Of a stretch of DNA of 64,000 nucleotides, positions 12,396 to 29,214 are shown in pieces. The position numbers and the translations under genes were made by a program. This stretch comes from Alloascoidea hylecoeti. Lineage: Eukaryota. Position 1 is the stretch's first letter; every line of letters starts with the position of its first letter. The notes under the pieces were generated by a model. It did not search any database. It was not told the origin of the DNA and worked only from the letters and a program-made list of their open reading frames with translations. The stretch covers positions 1,956,804 to 2,020,803 of the forward strand of contig BCKZ01000001.1 in the NCBI GenBank assembly GCA_001600815.1, written 5' to 3'.

Positions 12396-15278
12396 AAATT
12401 TCCCTCCATGACTAGGACCAATAACAATGCCGAACTCAGAGTAGACACTTCAAATTTGAATACTTTTTTGAAATCAAAGCCCTACAAAATAGAAATTTTG
12501 GCAAATATGACCAAATAATTATTGATCCTTTCTTGCATCACATATAACTGACAACTAGCATTTTGGGAAACAGATAAACTAGGTACTTTGATGGTCATAA
12601 TTATAAGATAAAAAGGCTTTATATGATAAAATCTTTATAAGAAATTAAGATCTTTACAGGGAGGTAAAATGTAGCTATATATTTAATCTATAAGATGTGC
12701 GAAATTTATATTAGATTATAGATGTATTAAAGGTTTAAGCTCGTTTAAAAGTAGCATACGTTTTATATATTTATTTCACTTGAGGTTTTATAAGTTATAA
12801 CCAATTCAATATCTTAAACTTGAGTACGGCCAATCGTGATTGGTTATGCATATGTGAACTTTGTAAGGATGTCAATTAATATTTCTGATTCTCAGCTGAT
12901 ATAGATAATAGAATATATTGCAATTGAAATCGATAAATTAAAACCGTTAAAGGAAAATCTACAAAACTTATCTTAATTAAAATATTCATTTATAAATTCG
13001 TAACTACAACTAATAATTATATAAAGTAATGGTTATTTCATAGTAGTTTTGAATTTTATAACTACCTCGTCTACGCCGGACACATAACAGCGCAAACCTT
13101 GAAAGACTGTCCAAGAGTAGATTAATAATTACTCAAAAGAATGACTACATAAAATGCTTCTGAGTAGACATTCAATTCGATATACATAGGCTTAATTATA
13201 TGGTCTCTCTTGCAATCAATGAGATGCAGTGCAGTTACAGATAGTTCATGTGTGGAATTTTCCAGAAGGAAAGAAGGTCTATCGAGCCATCTAAAAACTA
13301 CTAAGAAGGGATTAGAAACATTCCATGCGTCTCCAGATAAAACTGGTTGCTTCACGAATCTGTCTGAATTTATACAAAATTAATCTGGGGAAATGTCTGA
13401 TACCGTAGTTTGTCCAGTGCCTTTTATTAGCTAGTTTTATTAGCTGATTTCTGCCAACAGGTCGTAATTTAGTGTATTTTTGTACCGTTACTTCAAATCT
13501 CAACTGATCTTGATGACTATGTACCTATAACCAGATTAGATTTAAAATCCAAGTAGTTGATCTTCTAGATTCATTCATTATTATTTGGTTACCTTATTTT
13601 AGCCTGAACATAAATATCACATACACAAATTATCTCAAATTATTCTCCATAATAGCTATTATTGCTTTCTAACCTAGACAGCTAGATGTAGGTCATATGA
13701 CTCGTATGGCAATATATGATATCAATGCATATAAGAATTATAATTGCAAAGTTATATTTGTATAATTATAGTACTATATATACTTTATGGTTTTTGTTTG
13801 TATTTAAATTTATACGCACATGATTTATGATAAGCAGTTAGAAAACTTCCATTAATGTTCTAATACATAAATCGAACGCTTTATACTTCTATGAAGTTCT
13901 ATTTTATAAAACGATTATATTACGGAAGATAAGCACCCATGGCTGTTACATAAATTAAATCTACAGTTGCAACTTGCAATATCAAAATAATATCAATATT
14001 GAGACTCTTTTGTGATTTTTTTGTTATATATTCTTAATAAGGAAAAATAACTTCTCCTGAAGCTTTCTGTCGATTCTCTTTATATTAATTATAATTACAC
14101 CAGTGTTCTAGCTCTTAAGCTTGATCTTAAGTAGAATATTTACGGAAATTTTCTTTAATCGATACTTTATAATATTATTAAAGTTAATTAACTAAATTAA
14201 ATATAAACTTTATAATTAATAATTTATATATAATACAACACTATATTTTAATATTTGTAGCTATAGGTAAAACTATCTGTTAAATAACATCGATCTGAAT
14301 ATTGATTTATATATCTACAAATATTCAGTCTGCTACAACTAGCTGCTATCTATATTAGAACTCACAATCGAGTATCGTTATTAAAATTAGCTTTATAATT
14401 GGTAGATAAATGACACCTTCAGATCTTACAGTGTTAATCGAACATTTGCTGTAGCTGAATGTAGTTATTATAGCTATGATCATGACCATATATATAAAAT
14501 ATTACATATATAATTTTATACACCATTTATATATAAAATTTATCAGGCTATATTTTGCACGATGTATATGCATCCTACAATTTTCTTTTCTACTTGCAAA
14601 TTCTATCCTTTATAAAGTTCGCTGTTAATTATAATCGAATAAGTTTTAACATAAAAGATCAGCATCAATTTAAACTTTAGGTTCTCACAAATCACCACAT
14701 GGACTTTCATTTATAAGATTCCAATGTACTTTTGCATTTGTATATTAAATATTTTTGTTAAGCTTAGATATACAGCAATAAGGTTAGAGTGATTCCCACA
14801 ACATTATTGCAGATGTTTTAATGTTTCAGCTTGAAATCTAAATTGGTTATAATATAGACTATTTTAAGTTCATTTTTTTATATTTTTTTTAATTCCAGTA
14901 TAGTATATATTAATATAATTTAATATTAAATCCATAGTCCTTTTACTATCAATATATGTATTACTTTCTTTATAAAATTCTTTATTTTTCTCATTAAATT
15001 TGGTGTACATTAATAGCCATCGAATTCTAGTGCTAGTTCTATTTAATTTGTAATATTATCTCTTTCCTGTGACGTTTCATTATTAATATCCCTATATCTT
15101 TATATTGTTTTATAACTTATATCAATTAACTAGATATTTTATAAATTTTAAATTAACACTCAAAACAGTAAAGAACAAGGACTTCTATAGACAAAAATAA
15201 AGAAAATAAGATATATCTGGTTCGTTTCGTTTTCAATTGGGTAAATATCTTTTTAATTTTTTTAATATCGTTAATATC

Positions 15279-18200
15279 ATGAGAGTTGGAACCGAAAATA
15301 ATAAGACCATAAATATTGGACCAGCTTGTAAGATCTGCCGAAGAAGAAAAGTGAAGGTATGTTTGTTAAACTTATAGCAAAATACAGGCTCGACTAACTG
15401 AAATGTTTGATATTAATTTTAATACAGTGTGATAGAGTTAGGCCAGCTTGTGGATCTTGTCAGAGATTTGGTTATACAGAAAATTGTAGTTATGATGCTA
15501 ATGCTACAGTGGAAGAATTAGAAAAAAAGAATACAAAGTTAAAGGAGAGAATTAAAGAACTAGAATCGTTGAAAAATTCATGTATAATTGAACCAATTGA
15601 AAGTGAGTGCGTATCTTCCTCTGCCTCTACTTCAGGTTCTTCGTCTATATCTAGGAATACTACTGCCTTAAACATCAATGGGGATCCTTTGATAACAACG
15701 GAATTGCTTCCTCAATCTGGTATCAATATTAGCTCCACCTACCCATATTCAGAAGTACAAGAAATGTCTGACAGGTTAGACTCGATGAACGATCCAATTA
15801 TCGATCTGACTCTAAAGTTTCAAATTTTACGAGTCAAGGATGATAAAGCAGTTACCCATTATGGCCCTATTAGCCTTCTTTCCCTGAAATTTCACGATCC
15901 TGTCTTTTCTAAGATTTCCCGAGATTTGGATGGAGCAAATAATAAAGGTATTGATAACTCATATTTAAATCTACCTCAGCTTACGCCTCCTGAACAATAT
16001 GGTAACATTTTTACTTTGGATTCGACAACCTTTACTGGAACCTCACAATCTAATGGAAACTACAAAAACAAAACTGTTAGAGAAATTGAAGCGTTTCTTC
16101 CCAAAAGTAATATTTGTACTATCCTACTTGATAACTTTTGGAGGTATGCTAATGCTGTATGTGGGTTTATCGATGAAAAAGTTTTCATGGGTGACCTCTT
16201 TGAGATCACAGAGATAAAAGAAGATCATTTGATTCAATTTAAAATAAAAGGTGCCGATTCTTATGTTACAATAGCTACATTTCTTCTAATATTGAAATTC
16301 TCATTTGATACATTATCAGTTATAATTACTGGTCACGATATTGGTATTGCTTCCGAACCACATCACGAGCATTTGAAGCCGTTGATCGAGAATTCAGTAG
16401 TTATTAACACCATATATCTTGAATATTCAAAGAAGATGATAGATAAGGCCCAAATTAATAGTAAATTATGTTCCTTTGCGATACTGCAATATCTATTATA
16501 CCTTTTGATTTATTGTTCTGTTGCACCAGATTTAACAAGCACGGATGATATAGATGGTGGTTTAATAGCAATGATTGGAGCAGTTGCTAATACTATTGGC
16601 TGTAATAGAGATCCTGACATCTATCAAATTTTAGACGCTAAGACAAAGTATTATTGGAGAACCCTCTGGTATGCTATTTTATTTTTAGATGCTTGCCATT
16701 CTCTCCATAGAGGAATACCCTTAATGATTGATGATGATTTTTATGACACAAAACTTCCTCTTGTTTCTGCTTCTGACGTGGACAAAGAGGAACTCCCTTT
16801 CTTCAAAGTCGGTTCCGAATTCACTAAATCAATGTATGGAGTAACACTTGTATTAAGGGAAGGCTCTGAGTTGCTGATGAACCTAAAAAAAAATCCTAAA
16901 CGGTCAGAAATAGAAAACTATGTTCGAAAATTGACCGATTATGCATTTACAAAAGTTCCTTCAATTTCAGATCTATTATCATATGTTGACCCTAATGATA
17001 TTATTACGAGATCAGAAAGAATAAAACTAATCTATCTTCAACTTGAACTTTTAATTCAAGTAAGTTCACTTAACTACCTTCTATATCTTAATTGTAGAAC
17101 AGATGAACATGAATTATCATATGAATACTTAAGAAAAGGAGTTTCGGTTGTCCTTGTAATTTTTCATGGCTCGTTTGAAGTTATAACCAAAAGTGAAAGA
17201 TTTTTTGGTTATGAGATTGCATCAATGATTATACCTGCCATTTTCCAAGCGGTACATAAATCATTACCTTTTATTATTTCGATTATTTCTAGAATTCTCA
17301 ACGAATCATTGAGGCTATCGGTTCCTAATTTAGAATTTATTGAAACGAGAACAGAATTTTATGATTATTTGAATTACTCGAAACAAACTACTGAGGCAGC
17401 CAAGTATACTGTTGCTGAATACATTAGTCAATTGAGTTTGGTTGGTAAACGATTATCCCGGAGATTCGCAATAGCAGATTACACAACAAAACTGTTGTTG
17501 TTCGTTAAGGATATGATTGAAAATAATAATCAGGTAGATTCAACCAAACTTGAATCCTTGTTGTTCAATAACTCACAAATAGAAAACCAGTTAGGTTCAT
17601 GGGTCAAATTCAGTCAAAAACGGCATCCCACTTTAAATACAATGAACTCACAAATATGGAATCATAGTCAATACCATCCAAATAAATCTCATATTGGTTC
17701 TTCAGAGGTCCAGACATCAGATCAAATCAATATTCCATCACGAACTTATGCTCAATTACAATATGAAGCATCAAATGACAGCGATTATCTCCCAATTGTT
17801 TCAAATACCAAATTTCAACCGAGCAATGATAATCCTAGTTTATCCGATCATCGGGGTAATGGAATGTTCAGTCAAGAAACGTCTATTGAACACTTTTCTC
17901 AAAACTTATTCTATTCTGAACCTCCCCCGTTGGTTATTAGCCATAGTCATGATCCGCTTCAAATACCACAGACAGTTGTTTATGCGGGACAAGTCTTCAG
18001 TTCACCTGCAATTATTCCCCTAACAGCTGCCCCTATGAATATTATCAACACTCCAGAAAATCATCAAAACCTCCAGCTACAAGAGATGCCTCTTCCAACG
18101 GACTCTAACTTTTGGAGTGGTATGTTTCAATCTACCCAAGCCCAAACACAATATACAAGACAGTATGAAACTATTGGGATCGAGGCAGTTGGTAATATTT

Positions 18201-18295
18201 TGGGTAACAGTGCTGAAGCTGAAGCTGAGTCTTATGATAGTAGTTCAATGCAGCTGAATGGCAGGTCTCATGATGTCCATAAACAAGAAAAGTAA
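15279..18295 (+). CDS. Zn2Cys6 transcription factor with middle-homology region (paralogue B), ~981 aa
   Basis: join(15279..15356,15428..18295). 71-nt GTATGT...GACTAAC...CAG intron. CKICRRRKVK|CDRVRPACGSCQRFGYTENC; motifs HYGPIS, FLPKSNIC, GCNRDP, YDTKLP. Confidence 0.92.
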
Positions 18296-18596
18296 TTATA
18301 ATATTATATGATTGTGGTACGGCCCAATTGCGAAGATGCAATTGCTTACTTGGACTGAGAGTTTAAAGCCCATTTAGTTATATTTTAGTTAAGTGCTGTA
18401 TTTTTGTAGGCTTAAATTTGCTGATGTGGAGCGCCTTTTTGAAGGTTTGCAATTAAATAACTTTATTGTTTTTTTACCTTTTTTGTTGAGGAAAATAAAC
18501 GTTCAAATTTCGTTGGTTTCTTTATAATTAATATTACTCCATTTCTTCGTTGGATCGGTCGGGGTATGTGCATTTACAACCAGGGCAGGGCTCACT

Positions 18597-18612
18597 CGGA
18601 CTTTTAAACCCG
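18597..18612. promoter_or_regulatory. CGG-N10-CCG inverted half-site (Zn2Cys6-type) upstream of ACL2
   Basis: CGGACTTTTAAACCCG about 115 bp before the ACL2 ATG, with a further TCGGTCGGGG near 18555. Short motif that could occur by chance. Confidence 0.25.
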
Positions 18613-18725
18613 CAAAAGAGAAATATAGCTTCCATAAATTATAAATAGTGATGAATGTCTCCTTCATTTATATTCCATCCCTTAATCTAATCACTAATAT
18701 TTCCTTTATTTTTCACAATTGAATA

Positions 18726-20231
18726 ATGTCTGCTAAATCAATCCATGAAGCTGATGGGAAGGCTCTTTTAGCTTTTTTCTTGTCAAAATCTCCGGTTTAT
18801 GCTGAAGCTGAACCTAAATTAAGCTTTGATTTAGGCCCCCCTAAAGTTGTTCCTCTATATTTCAAAGACGAAAAATCAGCCCATTCTGTCATCTCTAGGG
18901 CTGAGAAGATCTATCCATGGTTACTAGAACCGGGTGCTAAATTTGTTGTGAAACCAGATCAGCTCATTAAGAGAAGAGGAAAATCTGGTTTACTTGGATT
19001 AAATAAGTCTTGGGAAGAATCAAAACAATGGATTAAAGAAAAAGCTGCAAAACCTGTTGTTGTGGAAGGAGTGACTGGAATACTACGATCCTTCCTTGTT
19101 GAACCATTTGTTCCACATAACCAAGAAAATGAATATTATATCAATATAAATTCAGTAAGAGAGGGTGATTGGATCCTTTTCTATCACGAAGGCGGCGTGG
19201 ATGTAGGTGATGTTGATGCTAAAGCCTCTAGGATTCTAATACCAATTGACATCGAGGAAGAATATCCTTCAAATGCTGATATTGAGAAGGCTTTGTTATC
19301 CAAAGTACCAGGAGATCAACATGCAACCTTACTTGATTTTATCAATCGGTTATATGCAGTTTATGTTGATTTGCAATTTACATACTTGGAAATAAACCCT
19401 TTAGTGGTTATTCCAAAAGATAATTCAGTTGAAGTTTATTATCTTGATCTTGCTGCTAAGCTGGATCAGACTGCTGAATTCGAGTGCGGTTTCAAATGGG
19501 CTGAAGCAAGATCATCTATGGCTTTAGGAATTGCCGAAGACGAATATCAAAGTAAGAAAATTAATGTTGATTCTGGTCCCCCAATGCATTTCCCTGCACC
19601 TTTTGGAAGAGAATTATCCAAGGAAGAAAAATACATCGCTGATTTAGATGCAAAGACAGGAGCATCTTTGAAACTGACAATATTAAATGCTAAGGGAAGA
19701 ATCTGGACTTTAGTTGCAGGTGGTGGTGCTTCTGTTGTATATGCTGATGCTATCGCTTCTGCTGGATATGCCGATGAATTAGCAAATTATGGAGAATATT
19801 CTGGTGCGCCATCTGAAGTTCAAACATTTGAATATGCTAAAACTGTGTTGGATTTGATGACGCGTGGCCCTGCTCATCCAGAAGGTAAAATTCTTTTCAT
19901 TGGTGGTGGAATTGCCAACTTTACTTCGGTTGGAGCTACATTCAAAGGTATAATTAAGGCGTTCCGTGAATATACCCCAAAGCTTCATTATCATAAGGTC
20001 AGGATTTATGTACGAAGAGGGGGGCCAAATTGGCAAGAAGGTTTACAGTTATTAAAGAATGCCGGTGAGGAATTAGAGTTAGACATGGAAATTTATGGTC
20101 CTGATATGCATGTTAGTGGCATTGTACCTTTGGCATTAAAAGGGAAGAAGTTCAATGTTTCGCCGTTTGGATATTCAACGAGTGTTACTGGAAGTGCTAT
20201 GCCTAGTGGAATAGTTACCCCAAGATTCTAA
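18726..20231 (+). CDS. ACL2: ATP-citrate lyase subunit 2 (ATP-grasp plus citrate-binding subunit)
   Basis: Intact 501-aa ORF: MSAKSIHEADGK, VKPDQLIKRRGKSGL, LDLAAKLDQTAEF, GRIWTLVAGGGASVVYAD, ANYGEYSGAP, GGGIANFT, VRRGGPNWQEGL. Confidence 0.97.
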   Translation: MSAKSIHEADGKALLAFFLSKSPVYAEAEPKLSFDLGPPKVVPLYFKDEKSAHSVISRAEKIYPWLLEPGAKFVVKPDQLIKRRGKSGLLGLNKSWEESKQWIKEKAAKPVVVEGVTGILRSFLVEPFVPHNQENEYYININSVREGDWILFYHEGGVDVGDVDAKASRILIPIDIEEEYPSNADIEKALLSKVPGDQHATLLDFINRLYAVYVDLQFTYLEINPLVVIPKDNSVEVYYLDLAAKLDQTAEFECGFKWAEARSSMALGIAEDEYQSKKINVDSGPPMHFPAPFGRELSKEEKYIADLDAKTGASLKLTILNAKGRIWTLVAGGGASVVYADAIASAGYADELANYGEYSGAPSEVQTFEYAKTVLDLMTRGPAHPEGKILFIGGGIANFTSVGATFKGIIKAFREYTPKLHYHKVRIYVRRGGPNWQEGLQLLKNAGEELELDMEIYGPDMHVSGIVPLALKGKKFNVSPFGYSTSVTGSAMPSGIVTPRF

Positions 20232-22200
20232 AGTTCTGAGTATTAAAACGTTTCATTCTTTAGATTCAAATAATATAGAATATGTAATTGAATTAGGTAA
20301 TAATGTAGTTATGCATATGGAAGAAAATACACGAAACTTTCAATGAATGTAATTCCCTGTTTTTGCGATTTTTGAGCTTGATCTTCAAATTTTGAACAGA
20401 TAAAACCTTAGAGATGTTGAGCATATTTATCTTAGCTACTTAACCTATATTTATACTTATTGCTCATATTGATCAACCCCGAGAGTTTATGCTTAAGCCT
20501 GATATAGCATCAACGTTAAATTGATTTTCAGTATTAATATACAGTTATTATGGTAATGTAGTATCCTATAGCATAGCTATGGGGGAACCAAAGTTTACTG
20601 TATCGATCCTTAATTAGTTTCCTTATACATATGCATATTACCTACGGCTCATATTCCACTTGTGAATGTGGATCAAAAAGTTCGTTGATTTAGAGAATTA
20701 CTATGCACATAGTCCGTTAAATCTATGAAATAAAATTTTGATAAAATGTGGAAACATAATCAACAGAAATTATATATGAATATTCTGTAGATTTTCGTCA
20801 TCAGAAAAAGAGCGACCGAAGATTTCCTTCCTAATCTCAGTTGGATACTCTATTTCAATTCTACCGGTATCAGGTCCCCGTTTTCCTGCCACTTGCCCTC
20901 TTACCCACCAAAGTTAATTATGCCTGACAACGAAATAATGCCAAACATTTGTACCTATAATTTCTTATCTTTCCATATAATTTACCTTTGGATTAACAAA
21001 AGCTTTGAACCAGGTAGTGAAATTAACCCGAAGCACGATAGGCATATTACCCATAGACCTTACATCTAGATTTTGATAAAGTGGGGAAATTAGATGATTA
21101 TCAAAATTCACGTTTTGTTGGAAAATTTTAAATATATATATATGTTTAAAGAGGCCCTTATCAATTTAACTTACTCCAAATTTAAATACATTTAAATTTA
21201 TAATGATGAATCTCAGGTAGAGCCTTTATAACATACGCTACTACTGAGTATAGGCATCAGTATGTGTGGAATCGGTGTGGAGTCGGTATGGATATATTAT
21301 CATGGTGGTAATATTTTATAAAACTAGATCTGCGGGGGTACTTTTTGGAACTCTTGTAAGTTGTAGTATACGAGTACCATTTATATTTGCAATTGTTTCC
21401 TTTCTATTTAATTGTATTAAATATGGGCAGATTATGTCCAAAAATTTCTAGATTGATAATCTTACACGTGAGTCATCACAGAAAAATATAATGATATTAA
21501 TTAATGATTGACTCGCTCTCAAATTAATGTAACAATCTTCAGGGGTGAATTCGAATTTGATCACCATTTAGTACTTATAAAGCTTATACTATTACCACAG
21601 GAAAGTTGTTATTTCATCACGGTTCGTTGGATGGTTCGCTTTACATAGTATGTACAGTATAGTTCTAAGGCTTATCATATTATTAACAAAATTTGTTGCC
21701 GAAGTTCGCGAATAGAAAATTTCACCGTGTGCCATTGTTTGATATATAATAATGCATATCACACTGATTTCTCAATTCTTCGTCACTATTAATATGTATT
21801 TTAACACGAATTTATCATTATCTCACAAACCAATTGTGCAACTTATAACAAAACATTTACTGGATTAAAACGGTTTCTGACTATTCTTTCGACAATCAAT
21901 TGCAATGGAATACTTATCCCATTAATGTGAGATATCTTATATCTTGGCCTAAGATTAATTTCATTTATATCATTAACATAATATATAAAGACTAGTACGC
22001 TTATATGATAATAACAACGTTATAATTAACAGTTAACATTAAAAAGACAATTCCTCCCCGGTGAAATAAAGTTAAACTATACATTAAGCGCTAAATTCAG
22101 AAAGGTATACAATTCGTAGCTAAATATCTGATATACGTATTATTATTATCAGTAGTTTTGATCTCAAAAAAGGGTTTCTTAATACTATTTTAAAAACAGA

Positions 22201-25964
<3,764 letters not shown>

Positions 25965-26033
25965 TGTATCTGATCTTCAGTAGTCGTGCAACAAAAACCA
26001 CCAATGGATATACCGGGAGAAGCAAATGTCACC

Positions 26034-26058
26034 CGGATTTATCGGAAGTAGTCACGTG
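26034..26058. promoter_or_regulatory. CGGNNNTANCGG direct repeat plus GTCACGTG E-box in the 153-bp gap before paralogue C
   Basis: CGGATTTATCGG at 26034-26045 matches the S. cerevisiae Hap1 consensus. GTCACGTG at 26051-26058 matches the Cbf1 site. Confidence 0.4.
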
Positions 26059-26117
26059 GAACCATTACTATATTACATTACATTATAATTATTTATATAA
26101 TCAAAATACTCATAAAA

Positions 26118-29100
26118 TCATTTATGCCCTTCGCTGGGTGAATAAAAGTACCCTAATAAATCAATCTCCGGGTTTGCCGCAATATTAATGTTAGCCTCAT
26201 CAAGATTATTATTTCTCCCTTGCGTGACTTGCGTCCCAGGAGGTGAAGCTGTCGGATTTTGGAACATTTGTGAAAAATTGAAATTTATGTTATCATTAGG
26301 ATTGCTAACGCCATTTAATGATGAAATTTGATATCCTTGTAGTTGTTGTTGTTGTTGTTGTTGTTGTTGATGTGACTGGCGTGCTTCTTCTGGTTGTGTA
26401 GTCAAATAGGAGTATTGATCAGCTCCGGAGGTTGAACTCGGACCATACAGCATGTTTATATGACTGCTGTAATCTTGTGGAAGTATCATTGACCCCAGTT
26501 TTGGCTCCGATTCCCCTAGTAATTTCGACCAAAATTCATCTTCTGTAGTAGACATTGGAATGTCTGGTAGGTCACTGTCAAATGTCATATTGAATTGCGT
26601 TGATACTGAGGGTGAAACCATTGATTGTTGTTGGTTCATTGATCCCATTAGTTCCGTGTTCAAAGCTAAAGTATGAATATTTGGTTCTGAAATATCAATA
26701 TTAGTTTCAATCGGTTGTTGAGACGATACGACAGATCCATTTTGTATCGGTATTGTTGATTTTGGGTTATCTGATCCACGAAGGTCACAAGCGTTACTCG
26801 AACTACTTTCTTGTGGGACTTGAGATGCCGTTGACGACTCTGCGCATGGAGCAGTACAGACATAACCAGGGAACTTCCTCCAATAATAATTAAAAAAAAA
26901 CTGTAAGATTTGACAAACCTTCCAAGGTCTATAGGAATGATGACACATCGATGAACTTGTTATATAGATTTCTTTCAAATATTGATATAATGTCTTACCC
27001 AAATCATCTAATCCTGAAATATTTGGATACATGAAACTTTCTAAATCTTTTGAATCAATTGATTTGAAATGCTTTGTTAGGTTCGAGGGTAACGAATTCA
27101 TTCGACATCTTATAATTAATGATTGAATCATTTGTAGAACTCTCATTAATGATGAAAATAAAGCTGAATGAATAATATAATCTGCCCCAGTTACTTCCTT
27201 TGGATCGATAAGTCGCCAAACAAGTCTGAGTACAATTAGTGCATTTTCTGTTGCCCCTATGAAATATCGATGCGATTTATCCCTTTCATTTAAACTTATA
27301 TTTTGCTTTGGATCTGTTGCTAAATAAATTACATAATTAAATATGAATAATGATGAAGTTGCTCGTATTCTTAATACCAGTTCAAAGCATTTACAAGCAA
27401 TCATTTCTTGGCTTGCTCCATTTGTTTTGCCCTTATCATTATTATTTGATTTTGAATTTATTAATTGATCAAATGATTTCATTTTATGATTTAAGATATA
27501 TTGCATTCTATCAATATATCTGTTGATATGACATCTTTTTGGTGGATCTCTTAAATTTGTTAATAATAACATCATATGTCTTACACATGATGATAATTCG
27601 CTTTGTAATTCGAATAGTTTCATCTGTTCTTTTTCAAATTCTGTATGAATAACAGTATTTGTTAAAAATGGCATCTTAGTATCATACATTGCATCACTTG
27701 TAATCAATGGTGGAGCACCAAGATAAACAGATTGCGCAGAATCAATTGCTAAAATAGTAAACCACGTTTTACGCCAAGCATGTTCTGCACCATCGCTTCT
27801 AATTATTGGGAATTTTGAAGGATCTCTTGTTAGACCTAACGTTGTTGACATTTGAACTAACATACTTAATAAAACTTGATTTTCAGTACCTTCATCAGAT
27901 TCTTCAAATGCATAAATCCTATAAATTCTTAACAATAATAAACAATGAATTGTTGTAAGGTTAACTCTTTTTAGCATTCCAGTTTGAGAAATACAAGCTT
28001 TGGCCATATCAATAAAATCAGTACCAATAACATATTGTGATTGTGAAGTTTTTAATAATGATGGCGATAATGCGTAACCTGATGAAGTATAATTTGATAA
28101 ATCAGGTGGAACTGATAAATAAGCAAATCTTAAAACAAATAAAAATTGACATAATGTGGCAAAACCAGCTTTTGAAGTTATATTTAAATGAATTTTTTCT
28201 TCATCTAATTTTTGACGTTTTTTATCTTGTTGTGATGATTGAGATCTTAAATTTAAATCGTCAGATATTTTTGGTTCGGGAATTGGTTCCATTAATTTCT
28301 TTATTTCAATTAAAAAATGATTTTTATCTAAAACGGGTATAATTATATGACAACTTTCAAAAAAACGATCAATAAAAGAAAAGCATACGGATTTTGGGGG
28401 TAAAATATCTTCAACCATTCGAATTAATTGAATTGGAGAACCAACATGTGAAGCTAATAAATCTTTACCTTCATCAGAGGTTATACAATGGGCTTCAACA
28501 TCATTTGCCGAAACTGAACTTGCAGCATTTAATACTAATTCAGGTGTTGTAGAGTCAATTTTATCCATTTGTTCTCCCTTTCTTTTGATTGCTTCTACAT
28601 AAACAGCTAATAACTCAGCAAGATATGGATCATTTGTCATAATTGAAACAAAGCTCGTAGCACCAAAATGTAACATTTTATTCTCTTTTATGAATAATTG
28701 ATCAAAATTCTTGGCCAGTTCAACAACATTATCTGCATCACTCTCATCGTGATCCCTATCCATCAGAGCATTAAAAGACATTATGCTTGTATTACTTGTT
28801 GTATGAGTCGATGCGGAAGAAGATTTTCTATCTTCAGGAGAAGATGATGAATAAGCATTTGAAGCAATATCACTACTGGTACTGCTACCTACGCCACCAT
28901 TTTCAAGGTCTTTTATTTTATCTTTTAATCTTGATATCTCTGCTAGAAGTTCCTGTTCAATAGAAGTTTGAGAATGAGTGCTTTTTGCCCATGGTTGTTC
29001 TTCAAAAACACAGGCATCTGAACAATTAGCCTTGATACAGTTCCCACAAACAGGTTTTGTTCGATCGCACTAAAAGTATAACATTAGAGTCTAAATTAGA

Positions 29101-29214
29101 AAAAAAAATGGGGAATAGGTATTAACATACCTTTATTTTGCGTTTCCTACAGACGGTACAAGAGGTTGGGACACGTTTGCGACTTGCTTTTCTGAAGTTT
29201 TTTTCGGGTCCCAT
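26118..29214 (-). CDS. Zn2Cys6 transcription factor with middle-homology region (paralogue D), ~1011 aa
   Basis: complement(join(26118..29069,29131..29214)). 61-nt GTATGT...CTCTAAT...TAG intron. CTVCRKRKIK|CDRTKPVCGNCIKANCSDAC then EEQPW; motifs HFGATSF, ILPPKSVC, GLTRDP, YDTKMP. Confidence 0.92.

Noticed and set aside
13122..13503. Two overlapping minus-strand short ORFs
   Set aside because: Non-ATG starts and no recognisable motif; probably decayed sequence.
20820..21055. Possible decayed gene fragment on the minus strand (WFKAFVNPK|VQMFGII with an intron-like gap)
   Set aside because: Short, interrupted by stops, and not assignable to a family.
21203..21247. Box C (ATGATGA) and box D (CTGA) pair
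   Set aside because: Only about 45 nt long, with no terminal stem or recognisable rRNA guide.
26051..26172. Point-centromere-like layout (GTCACGTG, AT-rich tract, CCG)
   Set aside because: There is no CDEIII consensus, and the tract runs into the TF-D coding sequence.
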